From Ramazzottius varieornatus (lineage: Eukaryota > Animalia > Tardigrada): a stretch of 64,000 nt of DNA. Position 1 is the stretch's first letter, and each line of letters begins with the position of its first letter. The DNA lies in contig BDGG01000012.1 of the NCBI GenBank assembly GCA_001949185.1, positions 984,973 through 1,048,972 of the forward strand. The letters are read 5' to 3'. The notes beneath the pieces were generated by a model, which searched no databases, was not told the origin of the DNA, and was given only the letters and a program-made list of their open reading frames with translations. The translations under genes were made by a program, and so were the position numbers. Of the stretch, positions 50,404 to 64,000 are shown piece by piece.

Positions 50404-50937
50404 TAACCGCGTTGTGTTACGTTTTCGTTTTTGATTTTATTCTATCATGATAACACTTTATTTATTGTTTTTCTGCTGTTCGCATCGGCGTCTTCTGTTT
50501 TTGATGTAATGGTGTTCGTACCTCGCTAGAACGACGGAGTATGCTTTTTTGAGATGCAGAAGTATGGCTTGGTTTAGTTGGTTGTAACTACTGTAACTCA
50601 GAACCGCTGCAGGTTTAATCAGTGTTTATGGCCGTGTCCATTTCTAGTTTGACATTTACCAATCGACCGCTCTCAAATTTTGATTCATCTACAACAACAC
50701 AATCTTGAAGATCACCGGACAGGCTTAGCGCTTAGTTATGCGGGTTTTCGGTAGTGTACCACAAGTCCTTAAACCACTGGACGATTCTTCAGATCTCGAG
50801 CACGAGGGAATCGGTTCAGTGAAGAATAATTTACTAGCACCGTACAGTCTTTCGTCCAGTAGATTGAGTAACAAAAGTATCGAGAAGAGACAACAGAAAA
50901 AAATCGAAATTGTTGACCACAATCCGTAACTGAGTAG

Positions 50938-53185
50938 ACTGCGTGCGCAAAATCAATCAACCGCTCACATTTGCCCTCTCACATTACGACTCTCACATTT
51001 GGTCCGGACCGACTCCACCCCGACTTCGGTATTGGGCGAAGGCCAAATGTGAGCCGTCAGCCGTCATGTGAGCAGCTGATGGCTCACAATCTCGGCGATG
51101 AAATGCAAGAACGACGAACGGAAATTTCCACCCCGCACATGTTTTTGAATTTCCGCTGACTCCGGTCATTAGAACGGCAACATCGGGAATTAAGACGCAA
51201 CAGAAGTGCCCGTAGTTTGATTCAAATAACGGTATACCCGTACCAAGAAGAAAGCCCCCTTTTCAATCCTTGATCTTTCGGTGCTTCTATAGTGGAAAAA
51301 TTCTGTGCTCGTGCGTTTTGGCCAGGAATGGCGGACGATGGATGGAACGGACTTGGTCTCTTGTGGGAAGCAGCGCTTTCCCGTGAGTCGGCTGATGCAG
51401 ACTTATTCGATGTCGTCATTTCCGAAACTACCTCAAGCACTCTGGCAGTAACGCAGGAGCTCAAAGAAAAACAGCTGGAAATCGAGAAAGAATTCCGACG
51501 GACCAAAGTTAAAGAACGTGCGGAAGATCGGCAGATTTCATTTCAAACTATTACGACTGTGCTATTACGGCTCTGTGATCGGCAGTCAAGCTCGCAGAGC
51601 GAACGCTTACTTTGATTAGCATTCCGTGCAGGAGCGCGGTATTCCGGCGCGGAGGTGGATGGGCTGTTGCCTTTGACATGTTCTGTAATCAAGCAAATAT
51701 ACAGGCTGGACGTCTCTTCATGATACTACTAACAGATGCTGACGATACCTTAGTTATCCAAGTTTCCAGCGCGGACTTCCGGCGCATTCTGCTCTCCGTT
51801 TAACGTATGTTCCACATCTATTTCAACAAGCATGGTTCCTACCTTCCTTAGCAGGGAGATCGAAATAAAAGAAAGCGATACTTACGGGTTGACTCGGCTG
51901 TCAATGCGGTGATGAACCCGCGAAAGCGAAACATTCGTGTCAGCCGAGATGAAAACCGACGAGCTATCGTCCCATTCTTATGCCGCCGTCTTTCCGGTAA
52001 CCATCTTGGTAGTGGTCGAGGTGACTCCGCTTTCTTTTATGGATGGAGGTTCTGCAGAGTCTGGATGTTGGAGGGTGGCGAAGGCTAGCAGAAGATCAGT
52101 TTACTAATCAGAAAACGGAAAATCCGAACTGTAAGATGACGAAATTTGACGGATGATCGAAGTTGCGCACGTGAAAAGCAAGATGCTCACGTTTCCGACA
52201 CCATAACCACAACAAAGGTTGATTTAGGGCGGAGTTGATTCGGTCAAATGTGAGAGATTATGTGAGAGTACAGGTGGGATTTGCGTAAGACGAAGTCACG
52301 TGGGTTGCCGTATTGGCCAGTAAAACTTCGTGACACGCACTCGCTTAAGTCACAGCCGAGCCACGCTTGCACTCATCCTTCGAGTCGTGTAAATCATGTT
52401 GACACATTATGTTCGGCTGATTGAAGTCCTAACATAGAGACCTTGATTGGTTTCCGGTAAACATTTACCGCTTTTCGGAAATTTCAAATTTTCCGACGAG
52501 ATTTTTTTCAATAGAACAGTGCCTCTTCGATTGTGTCAGAAATGTCTTCTCTGAAATGTCTTGTTATAACTGAGAACGGAACAGGTTTACGTGTCTTCTC
52601 GTGCGATTGCCAGTTACGGTTTACCACAGGACGGCTGTTTTCAGCTGAGCATCCCCTCCGGAAAGTCTGTGCTATCGTCCCTTCCTGACGTTAAGGCAGC
52701 CTCTTGCGGACGGAAACTGGATAGTCGGCTTCATCAGGCTTGAAAGAGAGATAATTTAGTACTTCTAACACCCGTAACCCTTTCCGTGATTAAAATCGTC
52801 CCCTCACAGCAATGTCAGATTAAATCGGGAGGACCTACGCAGGTTAATGGGTGAATGTTGTGGATACTCTTCAGGCTTTCTCGCTGCGCGAGTTCACGCG
52901 GGTAGTGAGTGATGGTACAGTGGCGCAATAAAAGGATCTGTAAGCCGGATCGGTGCGCAACTCGACCGGGGACGCATGAAGGGTACGGGCTGTATGAGTC
53001 ACGGCTCGATTTAATGACTCAACGTGTGCACGGACAAGTCATTGGCTGCACTTATACCCAGCGCGTGCACAACTCCTCCTAGTTCAAATGCGGCGACTTT
53101 TCATGGCGACGTCGTCTTGCTCGCATCACACCTGTATGTGAGAGTTCGAAATGCGATCGGTTGATTGATTTTGCGCACAGTCCCT
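50938..53185. mobile_element. Degenerate ~2.25 kb element bounded by ~50-bp inverted repeats
   Basis: GTGCGCAAAATCAATCAACCG..CATTT..CTCTCACAT at ~50943-50983 and its reverse complement at ~53138-53179; a related inverted copy at ~52225-52290; internal ORF remnant at 51328-51615. Confidence 0.5.
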
Positions 53186-53381
53186 AGTGTTTTCGAAGTT
53201 TGGTCCTGTCGGTTTTCATCTGTGATATATAAACCTTAAAAAGGACCAAGGACATAATTTCCACTGAAAAAAGATATAAGAGGAATACAGCAGAAGAATC
53301 AAAAAAAAACAAAAACTTCAAAGCAGTACAATTTAGAAGAGAGTTGCTGCAAAGACGTAATGACGATTCTTTGGGATATTC

Positions 53382-54466
53382 TCACTTCCAAGTCGGGCCT
53401 GGCTTATTCTGAAAGTAGAAATGAAACAGGTGAAAACTTTGAGGATCTGGACGAGACTTTTCGTATATACCTTTGCATTATCGATGGAGTAGACTCGTAG
53501 GATATTCGCAAAGTATTCTCCCGCCTTGGCCGCTTCCACCGATCTACGCTTCTGTAGACTGCCACCACTGCCACCATCCATTTTGTCCTTCTTTGAAGAC
53601 GCGTTGGAGCCTGGTCGACCAAGTCCCATTCCTAGTGCGACGTTGTGAGAGTGAGCGATGGTACGGTCCAGAGGCTTCAACACGTGTGAAGGAGCAGTCG
53701 GGACGGTAGCTTTCTTGGGGAATGCGATGGTTGTCATGACTGGTTTCGCCACTTCGGCTTTCTGAACGGGAACGACTGGAGCTTTCTGGGGAATAATATT
53801 GGCGGTCTTGGCCACCGTGTAGTAAGCGGGAGGTTTGGTGACCAGCGGGTTGACTCTGACAGCCTTGGCCGTCTTGAAGTGATTCAGACGGTGAGATGCG
53901 GGAGCGACGCGAGGAGCTGCTGATGGCTCTACAGCCGACTTGTTCAGCTTGCCTTCGACGTGTGAGTGTGGACGCGGGGGAAGAACGATGCGGGCAGTTG
54001 TGGCTTTCACCTTCTGGACTGCAACAAGTGCTTTCGGAGGTAGGTTGTTGACCTGAGGAGTGAGGGGATGAACATAGGAGTCCTATATTCAACAATCAAC
54101 ATTAGGATAAGTGCAAAGTGCGGATAGACAGCACAGCGGGGAACCCGCATTAACGTATCTCAACCTGATGAGGCGTCTTCGGTGGCAGAGGTACAACTTG
54201 TAAAGGCGCACTGACAACTTCTTGAGCAGGGTAGAAATCCTGTAACTGATACAGTAAGCTTCTGTTGATCAGGCTGTCCGATGATAGGAACGCGCAAAGT
54301 TACTCACCTGGGAAAAAATGTTCATCTGCGATCGAGTATACGTTTCGCGATGGGTGGCAAACCAGGCATCTGCTCCATCGTACTCGTAAGGATTGAAGTT
54401 GGGATCAGAGAAGTCCGGTATAGCTGGTATATCCAGGTTGTCCAGAAAGTAGGCATCCAGCGCCAT
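53382..54466 (-). CDS. Basic Pro/Lys-rich protein with a TPX2-like N-terminal (Aurora A-binding) motif
   Basis: Exon 1 MALDAYFLDNLDIPAIPDFSDPNFNPYEYDGADAWF resembles TPX2 'YDAPSDFINFS...IDSWF'. Four exons in frame, ending NKPGPTWK*. Confidence 0.55.
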
Positions 54467-55400
54467 CGTCCACGTTCGGATATCCTGTCGGAGACAACGG
54501 TCACCTTTGACGCTACTGGGCAGTGTATCGGTGACCAGAACTCTTCTCGAACAGAACGCTGTAGCTCCAAGCAACACACCTCTGTAAAAGTAAAGTTACG
54601 GAGCTCGGTAGAACAGAACGTCGTAGAAGCAAAAGAGGAACTTCCCATAGCCAGGATGGAACTGCAACCGCCATGAAAACTTTTCTGGAAGATGCTGCGT
54701 GCGATTCCATTGTGATAAGCGACGCCCCCTCAGTAGTCTATGCTATCTGCACTAGTTAAAACTGTTTGAAACTGTGAAAAGGTTTTCATTAGCTGGTCGG
54801 AAAGTTGTCCGCCATTCAGAAGGGCAGAAAGGCGGTCCGGGGGCCAAAGCTCGTGCTTGCCTTCGAACGGTTGATTGTGCTTGAATGGATGCGCATGTGT
54901 ATCCATGTGCGTGATCGGCCGTGCGGGCATGTGCATTTCAAAGGTGCGTCGGCTCCGTTCCCGTCCACGTGGTCTCTTGCTGAATAAACTGTGCGAGAAC
55001 GTGCGCGTGGTATAGCGGATCTTCGCAGTGCATGGGCCTGACGTTGTCCGCGTTCTCACCAAGGCACCAAGATTACAGAGCGTGCGGCCCACCAAACTTT
55101 AGGTTTAAACTGGCGTATAGCAGCCTTTAGGGTATAGCAAGGCTATAGCATGGCTGGTCGGTCGATGACTCGCCAGCTTCCGAATAAAACTCGATCAACC
55201 ACTGGTACTGTAGTACGTGCCAAACAACCCTTCTGTTCATCGACGCATCGCATGTTTGCTCTCATTCATTCTCGGTAGCCGATTCTTCAACGGAACGTTC
55301 ACCAGTTGTCACCTGTTAGACTGGGGAAAGACCATCTTGAGGAAGTATCCTGCGTGACCAGTGAAACATTCCACAGCTGGACAGCTGAACGAGGAGGAGG

Positions 55401-63665
<8,265 letters not shown>

Positions 63666-64000
63666 GTTAATGACGAAAGACGTGAGTTTCGTTGTCTATA
63701 CACTCGCCTGGCGTTTACATTTACCTGATACCTTGTGACTTTGAAAACTATTCCATTCTACGACACCTTCTCTTGATTTTTACGCGTGACGTTGTTTCTT
63801 TGTGGCGAACCATTCACATTCTCTTTACATCATTATAGATAGCTTAGGTCCTCTACCTGCTACGGTCGTGTACTCTCTCTTCTCATTTTTGTTTTGACTT
63901 GTCTGCTTTTTTAATACCATTACAAACGTTGCATCTCTTCTACGTCCCGGCAAACTTAATAAAAAGCTAGCAAAAGGAATCAGACAGTCCGAAGAACTTT

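Overview
Gene-dense eukaryotic (animal) DNA with short GT-AG introns, mostly 55-120 nt. It is probably from a compact arthropod genome such as a mite (inference). Protein-coding genes in order: NAA40, an unknown gene, MED21, RPLP2, ASPDH, SLC26A11-like, an unknown AT-hook protein, fringe, bublin/UPF0184-like, a ZP-domain membrane protein, a miniature KIAA0319-like protein, DAP3/mS29, a LEV-9/Hasp-like WAP+CCP protein, PTRHD1, COG2, HHAT/rasp, CTCF, a TPX2-N-motif protein and clathrin heavy chain. The main result is the apparently intergenic 36.8-39.7 kb stretch. On the minus strand it reads as a chain of 12 introns separated by 31-70 nt non-coding exons, starting 3 nt after the PTRHD1 stop codon, with one box C/D or H/ACA snoRNA (or snoRNA candidate) per intron. 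A U16-like snoRNA sits in the PTRHD1 coding intron, giving about 13 guides in total, including U16-, U31-, U54- and SNORD110-like RNAs. Also notable: a CTCF lacking fingers 9-11, a dispersed intronic palindromic element (CAAGTGGCGCAC...GTGCGCCACTTG, 10 copies plus a half copy), several MITEs and a 2.25 kb element bounded by inverted repeats. All gene models and rRNA matches were made by eye, against recalled sequences, and need computational confirmation.
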